Below the pieces are notes generated by a model. It saw only the letters and a list, made by a program, of their open reading frames with translations, did not search any database and was not told where the DNA came from. A DNA stretch of 53,394 bases, counting the filler, from Sluysia triapertura (Eukaryota), in assembly GCA_046118255.1 (NCBI GenBank). It is 2 parts of 2 records of this genome, joined end to end, with 100 filler letters (N's around TTAATTAATTAA, not from the genome) between each part and the next. Parts side by side here need not be neighbours in the genome. Positions count along the whole stretch, not along the records: positions 1 to 29,726 come from JBJNIA010252858.1; 1 more part is not named here. One strand, 5' to 3'. Positions 12,001 through 24,170 of the stretch are shown here, piece after piece (positions within the stretch are counted from its first letter, which is position 1; each line of letters starts with the position of its first letter). A program made the position numbers and the translations under genes.

Positions 12001-15000
12001 TGCTGTGAGTCGTACTTAAAGGGTTAATTACCGTAGATGCTCTAACCGGCAAAATTATACATTTTAAAAAATTAAAAAATTTAACATAAAGACCTGAACA
12101 TACTCTATTACTAAAGCAAAAAATTCATGAAATAATTTTATTTAAAGAAATTTAAAATGTAAAGGTGTACATAATTTTATGTTTTTTATTTTTTATTTTT
12201 ATGATTTTTTAAATTGCAAAAATATTATAAACTTTATTAAAATTTATATATTCTAAAAAATTATCAATTTAATTATAATTAAAATTGAAATTATTATTAT
12301 CATAATTTTAAAATGACCTAAAAAAAACTTCTATAAAGAAGTTTATTTTAATGTATTAAATTTTAAAATGTCTTTATGAGTATATAAAGACAGTGATGAA
12401 CAAAGAAACCACCATTTGTTAAAATAGAAACCATTGTCGCCATATTTGTGAAATAAAGAAGTTAATTCGCCATTTGGGTAGACAACAACACGATCGCACT
12501 GGTGCAAATTGATTATATTGGTAGTGAATTGCTCTTCGCCAGAAACTCCGTCAAATTTCAATCAAGATTAAATCGTGTCCCGTGTCTACGATTAGAGGGA
12601 ACAATTTTCAACAGCACAATTAATTTTCAAGAAGGAGAAATATTTATCCAGTTTCCATATTTATTAATTTATCGTAAGTTTAATTTACATAGGTTTTTTA
12701 ACTTTCTGAAGAGTAATAAATTACACTTAAAATATCCTTTTTCACGGTTGGTCATTAAGGCCAATCACAAAATCTATTTTAAAATATAAAATCTCGAACC
12801 TTTAGTTGGCCCTTAAGGTCAATTATAAAATAAATATTGTAGGGTAGAGTCTTCTGGGCTAGACCCTTATTATACTTCAATTTTTATTGTTATTATAATT
12901 TTATCATTTTTGAAATTTTATATTATTAATATTAGTTTGTAGTATTTTTCGTATATTTGTATTAATTTTATTTTAATCACAATTGTAATATAATAAAAAG
13001 ATCAAGTCTTTAGCATTTTCTTTATTTGATTCGAACATACAATTGGTATATTTTAATCTAGTATATTTTAATTGTAATATTAACTTATTAAGCTTAAAAA
13101 CTAAAGATATAATAGACGATACATTTTTACACTTTCATTATCTAAGTAAAATTTTTGTAATAAACTAACGTTGGTCTTAATTGGTTAATTAGTTTTTTAG
13201 ATTATTTGTTGTTAATTGACATAGACGACGATTTTTGCCCATTATTGTTAAGTTAAGGCGAAGCATCTCTTTTGTAAGATTAATTTTGACAGTTGCTTTC
13301 ACGTAATTTTTACAGGTACATCATTAGTAAGTCGTATACTGTAAACGGACTCATAACAATTAATTATTAATTGTTTTTAGGTTAAGAAAACACTCAGCAT
13401 AATATACAATTGTTTTGGATATATACGAGGAAATCTTCTGAAAGATAATGATGAATTGTTGATTTATTGAGCATTTCTATCATTTTACTTTTAATTACTT
13501 TAAGAAATATGAAACACGTTTTTCTTACTGTACTAGTCTGTTCTAGTGTGGTCTGTGAACTGTTGCTATTTACTCAAACAAAAATGAGTAAAACCAGCGA
13601 ATTTGAGATTCAAATTAGAGTTAGAAACGTTAAGGTTTGTTTTCGAATAAATGAGTATTTGTAATATTGTAGAAGATATGTAGAAAAAATTAGAATGGTG
13701 TGAGTAAAATGAAAGTGATTAAATGTTTATTATGTTTTTTAGTTGGTTTAACTGATTAGAAATGTCTAGTTGGAAGTTTAGTGAATTTTGGGATAATAAA
13801 TTTAAATTATAGGTTTGGTCACCAGAGGGTATCGTTTACTAGTGTAAACAACCCTATAGTTTTCTGTCTTTTCTACTATTTGATTTGGTTTATTATTTTC
13901 TCTTTCTAGAAATAAGTAAGCTCTAACATCTTAAACCTTCATTATTATTATTATTATTATTTTGTAGAAATCTTTTATATTCAGTGATTTCTGGGATTTA
14001 TATGTTAAAAATTGTGATAAGATTTGCTAAAGGAATGTAGAAAGAATTATCTGATTATCTGAGATTGTGTGATTATGATTAAAGATTTTGTTGGATCTTT
14101 TATGAATTGTTAGATAATTATGTAATGTTAATGTTATAGAATTAAACATCATGAATTGATCCACCACACAAGTTCAATTATTTTAGGATAATATGGTTAG
14201 ATAAGTAAAGGTGTCCTTTAAACATCAAGATGAATATAAATAATAAATCATTCATAAATAAAATGTGGAAAAAATTTCAATCAACACCATCAAAAGTAAA
14301 TTATAGTAATTGATCGACTTTCATCAATTTGTTAATATTTTTCTGTGCTTTTTGCAACTCTTAACTTTAGGCAAAATAAATTTGTAACTAAAAAGTAACA
14401 ATGCAACGTTCTTTAATACGCTTTATATGTTTTAACTTATGTAGATTATTTTATTCTTGATTACTACAATGATTGTGACCGATTTAATTACTCGTGATTT
14501 ATTTTTATTAGTAGAAGATCTTAATAATTTAATTAATAAAGTTTTTAATTACAGTACTTTATTATATTATTTTGAAAAAATTAATGTAAATTTCCCAAAT
14601 GAGTTACAAGCAGCCAAATAACAAAAAAACACAAATATTACTGTAATTTTAAATTTTATTAACAAGTGGTTAATTAATTGCAAATCGTGATTAATAATGA
14701 AACAGCAGATTAAGAAAGAGAAGTAAAAATGAAATAATTTAAATTTAAAGCCTTGTTGAGCCTTTAATTTATTGATTTTGTAATTTTAGAATCAGATTTT
14801 GTCCCTCATTAAATCTTAGTTAAAAACGTTTAACAAAAAGAATTTTCAGTACATTTTAATTTAATAATAACTTATTAAAAAATTTAATTAATGAGAACCA
14901 AATAAAATTATTCTCATTGTGTCAATAACTAAATAAGTTGTTGAAAAATGTATTCGTGTCTGATAAACATAGAACAGAATAGTTATATAAACATGATTGC

Positions 15001-16144
15001 TGTGCTTCTTTATGATAAACTGTATCTTTCTAGCGCCAGCTAGCAACCCTTCAGAAACAAATAAAATTTTCCAAAAAATGATTTATTTTTTCGAAAATTA
15101 ATTCTATTTTTATAATTTTTAAGTTTTTAAAGGGTTATGATGACAACCGAATAATTTTAATTTAATCAGTATATTCAAAAATTACAAATTGCTTTTTCTT
15201 TAAAAGTGATACAATGCACAAATCGATTTTGAACAATACTCATGCATTTCAACTTAAATATTTTCCGTTTTACCTGATCAAGAGAATTAATTCGTTTGTT
15301 GTACAATTCATGTTTCATCATAGCTATAAGAATATACATTTTGCGTTATCCAGTTCAAAGCAAAAAAATGACAACTATTTGTTTGTACTGAGCGCTCTAC
15401 TGGATAAACTAATGAACGTTTAAAACAATAAAGCAATAACCGGATCTAATCAATCACATTTAAGTTACTTTATTTGGAAAATAGACTAAAATCATCTTAA
15501 TTTGTTTTTAACAATTATAAAATACATTGATTTATATAATTTAATTATTTTCTTATAAAAATTGAAATTTTTAATCTAAATTTTTTAAATTTTTTTTAAA
15601 TAATGTATATTTGTTTAAAATATGTAATATACATAAAATATAATATAAAATACAATAATATGCTAAATTTATTGTAAAATGCAATATATTACTAACAATG
15701 AAATTAAAGTGTTCATTATTTTAATATTAATTCAACATTCGTGGTTGTGAAATTAAATTTGAAAATATTAATATAAAAAAATTAAATTAAATCTTAAAAA
15801 TATTCTTTTCATAACACTTTTTGGAAGTGATAACTTGTCATTAATCATTTTTTTCTTTAATCTAATATGTTAAATTCTTTTTACAAGAAATTTTCGGAAT
15901 AAATTTCAGATCATATATGGCATAAATATTTTCAGTTTAAGAATATTTGCTAATTAAGTGAATTCTCAACATACGAGTTTATTTTAATAATATATAATAC
16001 ATAAATCTGAATTGTTTGCATAAATTCTATTTTAAAATTTAATAAGAGGAAAGAAAATGAAATTTCTTTCTCAAAATTTCGATACCTAATATTTTGTATA
16101 ATAAATACATTTTAGAAATTTAATTTATTAAATACATAACTTAC

Positions 16145-16264
16145 TTTAGCTTCATAAATAATGCCTTGTCTGAAAGCATCATCACTAAATAACGGTATCC
16201 GTGTATCAAGACAATCATCCGGTATATTAACATATTTTGTGCTATTACAAACTTTATTGAGCAT
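16145..16264 (-). CDS. NOS1AP: NOS1AP/CAPON (dyc-1-like) PTB adaptor, first coding exon
   Basis: MLNKVCNSTKYVNIPDDCLDTRIPLFSDDAFRQGIIYEAK followed by gtaagt; aligns with the recalled human N-terminus [31 protein letters not shown]; too short for the ORF track. Confidence 0.85.
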
Positions 16265-16468
16265 AGCTTATTAAATAGAAATAAACGATTTCAAAAAACA
16301 AATTATATTAATTGATAATGCTGATTTTTTGTGAAAGAATAAAATTATATTTTACAATAATTTCCCATAATTTTTTAAATTCATTTTAAAACTCAGATGA
16401 GTTTGGATATACTCATTGTCATTTAATGAAAGATGTCAATTCATAATGCCAGTATTTACTGAATTATA

Positions 16469-16525
16469 ATTGGTTATTAACCAATGGAAATAACGTTTCA
16501 ATTAATTTTTTAATCACTGACCAAT
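16469..16525. promoter_or_regulatory. Candidate bidirectional promoter with CCAAT boxes
   Basis: attggtta-t-taaccaat inverted pair at 16469-16485 plus ccaat at 16521, between two divergent genes. Confidence 0.4.
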
Positions 16526-17051
16526 ATTAAGTAATAAAAACATAAAAATAATCATTTCGAAAATAATGATAATATTTAATATTTAAAATCAAAAAGTGCT
16601 ATTTCCAAACTTTCATAGTTATATAACTTATTTTAATCAGAAATTTCATAAAAATTAAATATTTTTATTTTATTTATGAAATGTTTTTGAATTTCGATTG
16701 TTTAAATTTTCTGTGGTATTTACTTATTTTTAAGATTTTGTTTAATTTAAGGATAACATAAATAAACATCTGACTTATTAAATTTTAAATTATCAATAAA
16801 GTCATATGAAATATAGAGTGTTATGCACAATAATTCTTATAGTTTGATAATTAAAATATAAACTTCAATTTAAAGAATGTTTAATAATTTATATCTTTAA
16901 AAATTTATTAAATAATTGTTTTTATTTTACTTTTCTATGAAGATGAATATTAAATGAAATGATAAAATTATTCTAGTGTATCATTGATGATAAAATCATG
17001 CACTTTTATAAGTTGTTTTGAATTCAGTGTAGTTGAATATATTTTTAACTG

Positions 17052-17105
17052 GTAAGTGATTTTTATTTTAAAATAAATTGAATTATGTAATAATTTTGCA
17101 TTTAG
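17052..17105 (+). other. 5' UTR intron of the KMT2C/D-like gene
   Basis: gtaagt...ttttgcatttag, 54 nt, upstream of the in-frame TAA at 17137. Confidence 0.6.
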
Positions 17106-17184
17106 ATTCAAATATATAATAAATTTATTTTACGCATAATTGCTGATAAAGAAAACGGCTATATTGAACAATGTACATTATAAA

Positions 17185-20100
17185 ATGAATTCAGCTGGAG
17201 AAATTTGCAAAGAAAACTCAAAATCAATGTGTTTTTATGCCAATGAATCTTGTAAAGATGATGACTACGGAATGGCGGAGTTTAAAAATGATTTTGATGC
17301 AGAAATATCAATTGACTGTTGCGATTTATCTGCTAAAGCATCTTCCAGTTCAATGCACGAATCATTGACTAATATTTCCAATTCACACTCTACACCGGAA
17401 GATAATTTTTCTGAAAATGCTCTTATGTCGCCTATTGGGAAGTCTCATCCTAAATTGGAAAATGATTGTATTAATATGTTTAACGACAATGAAAGAAATG
17501 TTTCTAATGCTAGTCACAGTATTGATGATGCCATTGAGTCAGTACTGAATAAATTTCGTGTTGAAAATGATTTTTCTCACATTAAGTCTAACAATAGTCA
17601 TGATTCTTCGTCAGTTATACCATCTAAGTCAATGTATCTTTCACCGAATGGAACAAAAGCAAATGTTCAAGTTAGTTCTTCAAATCATAAAATGGAATCG
17701 GCAGTTTATACAAATACAAATGGAAATACTCAAAATTATGTTAGAGCTAAAAATTATCCTATTAATTATGGTAATGGCTATTCTAGTTATCGGAATTATT
17801 ATTCTAATTCAAATTATGCTCCACAAACTTTACCTTATTCTGCGCCCTACATTCGTAATAACGAACAAAATTGTTACTATTATTACCAATATCCGTATAG
17901 TAATCAATATCGTCCATATTATTCACCACCATCTTCATATCCTTATTCCGGACAATATTATTCACCAAATTATCAAATGTATAGACCAGCTATTAAACAA
18001 TCCTACGATCCTCACTATCAAATGATGGACGATTATTCCCATCTAAACTTTAAAATCCCACTTTCAAATTCAAATAACATATTACCTGAACAAAGTTCTG
18101 TAAAGAAAAGACGTCAAAGTGATTCAAAACAATGTAATACACAATCTAAACGTCGTAAAATAACTCAAACTCAACCTTTACCGACAACAAAATCTCCTGT
18201 AAGAAATTCTGTCAGTGCTTGTGATGAAATAATGTACAAATTAAAATCCACCAACAATTCATTGATAACAAACCCTCCAATTTGTTCAACAACTACTTTA
18301 TTACCACCATTAGGTTTTATAGAGAACCGAAGACATTCTCAAAAAACTTTTAAATATCAAAAGTATAAATCTGGTGTTTATGTAATTAAACGTAAAAATA
18401 ATTTTGATAAAGATTGTGATAAATATTTAAAGAAATTTATTGAAGAACCAGTAATATCTAATAATTTATTATCCAGTAGTCATAATAAAGATGATAATGA
18501 AAATTGTTTAGAAATTATTCCTAATTCTCCACTTGTAGAATTACCTCAAGAATGTTTATTAAAAAATATGTCTTCTCAAGATAAATCTGTTAGTTTAAAT
18601 CGTTCGGAAAGCCCAGTTTTGTTGAATGCACTATCCGCCAAATCAGAATCATCTTCACTTTTAACTACAATTTCTGATCATAATCGTCTTCCGGAAATAC
18701 ACAAAACTGCAAATCTTTCTCAACTTCGTCAGACAAATTTCAAAATTCCCGTTATTTCCTGTACAGAAACGGAAACTAAAATCATTAAAGAAACGCCTGA
18801 ACAATCACCTAATTACGAATTAGGTTTTTATTACATTCAAATGAATGGTAGCTTTTTGAAACGAACAAAAATAAACGGCAAAACATTTTCTAATGTTCAC
18901 ATTGAAGAAGCTGTCAATTTATCGACAATATCAGCTATAAAAAATGTTTTGTGTTGTTGCACATGTAATTCTTTTCTAAATCCTATCCATACTATTAAAT
19001 TCAAAGATACTGAATTAGGTTTAGAAAGCAAAAATGATGAATTTTCTTTTTGTACAGAGATTTGTTTAAATGAATTTAAATTTAAATGTCGAAATGATCC
19101 TAATTTTGATCGAAAAATGGTACTTAATCCTTATCAACTACAACAAAGTCAAATAATTTTGAAAAGTTCTCAATTTTTAAAACAACCTCTTAATAAAATC
19201 AATCAGAAAAAAGTCTGCGATTTTGAACAATATGTTCGACGACGTTTTCCAAGTGAAAATCAAAATGATTATTCGCCAAAAGTGTTGCCATCTGTACTTA
19301 GTTCTCATTCTACTACACCAGAATTAAAATTTAAATTTTCCGGCTCAAAGTTTTTTAATTACAATTCTGAAAAATTAAAACCGATTGTTAAAACAATAGG
19401 AAAAGATGATAAAAATTATTTACTAAGTAGATTTTCGTGTTCATATCGTAGTGATGGTTTAGTCGACAATCGTCGTTGTATTTTGTGTTTTGGGGTAAGT
19501 GATGCCGATGAAAATGTTGCTGGTAGATTAATTAATCTTGATATCGATAGTTGGATTCATTTAAATTGTGCATTGTGGTGTTATGAAGTTTATGAAACGG
19601 TTAGTGGGTGTTTGATGGAAATACCTCAAGCAATTCAAAAAGCTCTTAAAACAATATGTTCACATTGTAACAAATTAGGAGCTGGAATTCAATGCTACCG
19701 TAACAAATGTCCTTCAGTATATCATGTGCCTTGTGCCTATCAAGTTGGCTGTGTTTTTTACACAGATAGAGGTATGTATTGTCCTTCTCATGCAGTTTTG
19801 AATCATCCGATGTTGCTAACCAGTTTGTCAGCAATTGATCGACGAGTAGTAGTTTATCGAGATGAAAGTGCGCTAGTGGCGTCCACGCAAAATCCCTCAT
19901 TTGTATCAGATGATTTATCTAAACCTCTATTTCGCACGGGTGCCCTTATTCTTAATAATGTAGGTCAATTATTGCCGGAACAGTTAATGAGTGGTAAATT
20001 CAATTCCAGTTCTATTATTTATCCCGTAGGTTATCATTCTTCGCGTATTTATTGGTCATTTAATGTTATCAATAAGCGATGTCGATATGAATGTCAAATT

Positions 20101-21090
20101 GTTGAACATAATGATGCTCCATTGTTCAAATTATCGGTGATGGAAGAAAACAAAATTTACGAATTTCAAGAAATGAATTGTGATACGCTTTGGCGAATAA
20201 TTTTGCATAAAATTGCAAAAATGCGCGAAAATGCAGGTTTGACAAAATTATTTCCTGCATATTTAACTGGTGAACAATTATTCGGTTTGACAGAGCCTCA
20301 TATAATTCGCATAATTGAATCATTGCCAGGAGTTGAAATGATTAAGAATTACGCTTTTAAGTTTGGCAAGATGCAACTAATTACTGAAATGCCATTGGCT
20401 ATTAATCCAACTGGTTCGGCACGTACCGAACCAAAATTACGAACGTATGTACGTCGTACTCAACATTATCATACTGAAACAGTTAATGGGCAGGATAAAA
20501 ACGCTTTATCACAATGTGGAGTTTTGAAAGCAAAATCCAATCAATATGAATTTATTAATTCAATGAAATCATTATTTAACATTAATAGCAGTTCCAGTAT
20601 AACATCAACTCCTAGTTCTAGAATAGTTCAATATAAAAAGATGAAATCTGAGTGGATGAATAATGTGATTTTATCAAGATCTAAAATCCAAGGACTTGGT
20701 TTATTTGCAGCAAGGGATTTAGAGAAATCAACCATTATAATCGAGTATATTGGGGAGTTGATTCGTAATGAAGTAGCCAATCGTCGTGAACGAATGTATG
20801 CTGATCGAAATGATAGTATATATATGTTTCGATTGAATGATGATATAATCATTGATGCTACACGACAGGGTGGTTTAGCACGGTATATCAATCATTCCTG
20901 TAATCCAAATTGTGTAGCTGAATTATTACAATTGGAATGTGGCGATAGAATAGTTATAACAACTAAACAAAAAGTAACTCGTGGCGAAGAATTAACATAT
21001 GATTATAAGTTTGATTTCGAAGAAGATAGTAGCTCTTCACGGATACCATGTCTTTGTGGCTCAGTTAATTGTCGAAAATGGATGAATTAA
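17185..21090 (+). CDS. trr: Histone H3K4 methyltransferase, KMT2C/D (MLL3/4) family, trr type
   Basis: Extended PHD (GRLINLDIDSWIHLNCALWCYEVYE), FYRN, FYRC, WIN motif INPTGSARTE, SET (SKIQGLGLF, ARYINHSCNPNC, EELTYDYKF) and post-SET CLCGSVNCRKWMN; first ATG at 17185. Confidence 0.95.
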   Translation: MNSAGEICKENSKSMCFYANESCKDDDYGMAEFKNDFDAEISIDCCDLSAKASSSSMHESLTNISNSHSTPEDNFSENALMSPIGKSHPKLENDCINMFNDNERNVSNASHSIDDAIESVLNKFRVENDFSHIKSNNSHDSSSVIPSKSMYLSPNGTKANVQVSSSNHKMESAVYTNTNGNTQNYVRAKNYPINYGNGYSSYRNYYSNSNYAPQTLPYSAPYIRNNEQNCYYYYQYPYSNQYRPYYSPPSSYPYSGQYYSPNYQMYRPAIKQSYDPHYQMMDDYSHLNFKIPLSNSNNILPEQSSVKKRRQSDSKQCNTQSKRRKITQTQPLPTTKSPVRNSVSACDEIMYKLKSTNNSLITNPPICSTTTLLPPLGFIENRRHSQKTFKYQKYKSGVYVIKRKNNFDKDCDKYLKKFIEEPVISNNLLSSSHNKDDNENCLEIIPNSPLVELPQECLLKNMSSQDKSVSLNRSESPVLLNALSAKSESSSLLTTISDHNRLPEIHKTANLSQLRQTNFKIPVISCTETETKIIKETPEQSPNYELGFYYIQMNGSFLKRTKINGKTFSNVHIEEAVNLSTISAIKNVLCCCTCNSFLNPIHTIKFKDTELGLESKNDEFSFCTEICLNEFKFKCRNDPNFDRKMVLNPYQLQQSQIILKSSQFLKQPLNKINQKKVCDFEQYVRRRFPSENQNDYSPKVLPSVLSSHSTTPELKFKFSGSKFFNYNSEKLKPIVKTIGKDDKNYLLSRFSCSYRSDGLVDNRRCILCFGVSDADENVAGRLINLDIDSWIHLNCALWCYEVYETVSGCLMEIPQAIQKALKTICSHCNKLGAGIQCYRNKCPSVYHVPCAYQVGCVFYTDRGMYCPSHAVLNHPMLLTSLSAIDRRVVVYRDESALVASTQNPSFVSDDLSKPLFRTGALILNNVGQLLPEQLMSGKFNSSSIIYPVGYHSSRIYWSFNVINKRCRYECQIVEHNDAPLFKLSVMEENKIYEFQEMNCDTLWRIILHKIAKMRENAGLTKLFPAYLTGEQLFGLTEPHIIRIIESLPGVEMIKNYAFKFGKMQLITEMPLAINPTGSARTEPKLRTYVRRTQHYHTETVNGQDKNALSQCGVLKAKSNQYEFINSMKSLFNINSSSSITSTPSSRIVQYKKMKSEWMNNVILSRSKIQGLGLFAARDLEKSTIIIEYIGELIRNEVANRRERMYADRNDSIYMFRLNDDIIIDATRQGGLARYINHSCNPNCVAELLQLECGDRIVITTKQKVTRGEELTYDYKFDFEEDSSSSRIPCLCGSVNCRKWMN

Positions 21091-21679
21091 TTTACTTTAA
21101 CTCTATATTTGAGATTTCTGTAAGCACTTTTACATATTTTTTAATTAACTGACAATTTTCAAAGCAATTTTTTATAATTTAAATCATATTAAATTTTCAA
21201 TTTAGTGTTTTATTTAACCAATAGAAAACTTAACTAAACAATTTTATTTGGATAAAAATCCTTAAAATGGAAAGTCTGTTTATCATTTGCATAAGATTTC
21301 TGACAGTATTTTTTATTATTTCCATGACATTAGTTTTTCAATAATTTATTTACGCTTAAGGTCATATTTTGGTTGTGAAGGGGCGGTGCACGCAAACTTT
21401 TTGAATATTAATTGTTGAATTTCTGTTTTGGAAATATTTTATTACTATATAATTTTAAAAGTTTCAGTTTTAACATTTAAGCTCGTTTTTTTTAAAAAAG
21501 CACTGTATAATATCTGCTTAATTAATTTAGCGTTGATAATTTTTAAAATTAATTTGACTTTAAATATTCATTTATTTCAAAGTTTTGTTTAATTTAAGAT
21601 ATATTTAAATTTACTGCACAAAAGAAATATATTAACTTATACAGCGCTAATATCTACTATGAAATAAGTACACAATTGC

Positions 21680-24170
21680 TCATAGAATTCATCATTCATT
21701 ATAATATTTCTTAAATATAAAGAACTTTGTTTTACAAACTTAACATATTCTGGTAGCTAGTTGTACATATTTGAAACAAACAGTATATAACCTATCAATT
21801 ATTTTATAATTTATTCTGTATGAATTGTTACCTTAAATGCATTACTTGCGGTTTCCAATAGACGTGCAGAATTTGCATACTTAGTCATTTATAAATTACC
21901 ATCGTGATTTTGAATTCTTTTTTGCTTATATTAATTGTTTAAGGTAAAGTATTAATTCTTGTTTAATTGAAAAATTGTTCTTACTGGTGATTAATTAGTA
22001 ATTGTAACTTTTGTACTTTCCGTATGGAATTGAGTTAAGCATACTATTACTGTAATCTTTATTATTATTATTATCAATGCATGAACAATTCTAAATTAAT
22101 AATTTTCCTAATATTTGAATTCTCCTTACATTTATTCACATTTTGTGACAATAAAATTACTATTTTTTTCCATGTTCATTTTTGAAACTTTAACATACTT
22201 TTAATGTTACGCCTAACATCTTGCTTTCGTCGATTAAGTTTGACTGTTTTTGCTACAAATTATAAATTCTGATTTTTCTTCATTGCTTTTCAAATATTTC
22301 TCAAACAATTAAATACGACCTATTCAAAGAAAACTTCATAAAAGTCTAATTGTTTAAACGTTATTTTGATAATTTAAATTAATTTTAATTTATTCATGAT
22401 GATAAAACAGTTACAAAAATTTATATTCTGTCCAAATAATTATTTTTTTCCGAAATAATACTAATCAATTAATACTAATCCAACAAGTCTATGAAAACAT
22501 TCGTGTTTTATATTTCATGAACAATTCGTAAGAATTTACTAATGCCATTAATATAGATTTCTAAATTTTTTTCAGTTTTATCAACCTAAATGTGAAAAGA
22601 TTCGTTTTTATAAATTAATTCTTTATAACGCTGTTATGGTTTATTTTTACTTCTGTGTTTTGTAGTATATCCCAAATAAATTGTATGATCTACATTATAC
22701 TTTTTAGCATATTATCCAAAGCATGACTTTAGTGCTAAACAACCAGGACATTTGTCTGGAGTCCATATTTAATGATCTCTGTTTTGTTGCAAAAAGCGTT
22801 AATAAAGAAAGTTAAAATTAAGTCTAGACGTTACTAAACAATAAACTATTTTTGCAGCTTTCATATAAGTATTTAACCCTTTGTAAAATATTTTCAAGCA
22901 ATGTCATTCAATAAAACCAAGTTATTAACCGAAATTATTCCTACATGGAAAATGCGTACGGTTAACTTAATGCTTTTGCAAATTAGGTAGTTAATATAAT
23001 CTATTAGCATCTTAATTCAAATATTTATATAAAAATTTAGTAATATTTAATGTATTATTAAAAAACTTATTTATGCTGATATTTTGAATACAATCAGTAA
23101 TGAAAACTATTCTTATTTAAATATTAAGATATTTAATTTTTAGATATCTCAGATTTTTGTAATTTACTTTTAGAATCATTACCCTCTAAGTACTAGTGTT
23201 GTAAAATATTTAATCATACATCTACTTAATCTGATTACTAAGTAATTTCTTTTAATGAGTTTGTTGAAACTGAATTAGTAATTTCAAAACAAAAAAGTCT
23301 TCTGAAATTTGAGATTAGAAAAATAAAGATTAATATTTATCTTGTATCTTAATATCCTATGAATTTGGAATACATTAAATTATGTAAATTAATGAAACAT
23401 ATTAAAGTATGTATTTTAAAAACCCTAAAACATGACCTCTCACTTGCTAAAAAATAAAGCAATCAGTTTAAAGCTTTTATAATAAGTATTTTTAATTAAA
23501 GTATTTTATTATTTTAGTAATATTAATTTATATTTCGCTAATATTAAGTTCTCAAGTTCACCAAGAATCTATCATTCATAATATTTCTAAATAGAACTTT
23601 GGCTTAAATATTTTTAATATTTCAGTGATTTAGCATCTTTTCCTATGTTTATGTATTACGTATTATTTATCTTATTGTTTATTCTGCATGAATATCTTAA
23701 AGGCATTTTGAAATAACACTTTTATAACTTTCAAGAGATATTTATAACTGAATAAATCATCGTCATGATTTTGAATGCTGCTTTTACTCAAATGCGCTCT
23801 CAGTTTTTAAAACTGTGTACCACTACTTTGCATAAAAACACGCATTTATTTGATTATATTTATATTTTCATTATATTATTAAATTTTTATCACTTTATAA
23901 AATTTAAATAAAAGTGTTACTAAATAATATTTCTGAAATTGACCCTGAGATAATATATTGTATATGACTTAATTGAAAAGTTGTTCTTGGTGCACTTTTC
24001 TGTGTGGAATTGAGTACAATATACTATTTATTCTAATCTACGAGTGAACAATTAGTTTGGTTTTATATTATTTGATATTTACATTTTATAATACAATCCA
24101 TATGCAATTTTGAATCTTTATAACATCTTATATTTCGTACTTTGAATGGCACGTCTAGCATCTTATCATC
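21680..24170. repeat. Diverged direct repeat pair (about 21680-22230 and 23560-24170)
   Basis: Collinear shared blocks tcattcat..aatatttct, taattgaaaa.ttgttctt, tggaattgagt...atactatt and acg.cta.catctt. Confidence 0.6.

Noticed and set aside
12343-12789. Overlapping 72-aa and 95-aa ORFs
   Set aside because: No recognisable motif or splice support
17558-20891. Alternative-frame and antisense ORFs within trr
   Set aside because: Shadows of the main CDS with no recognisable motifs
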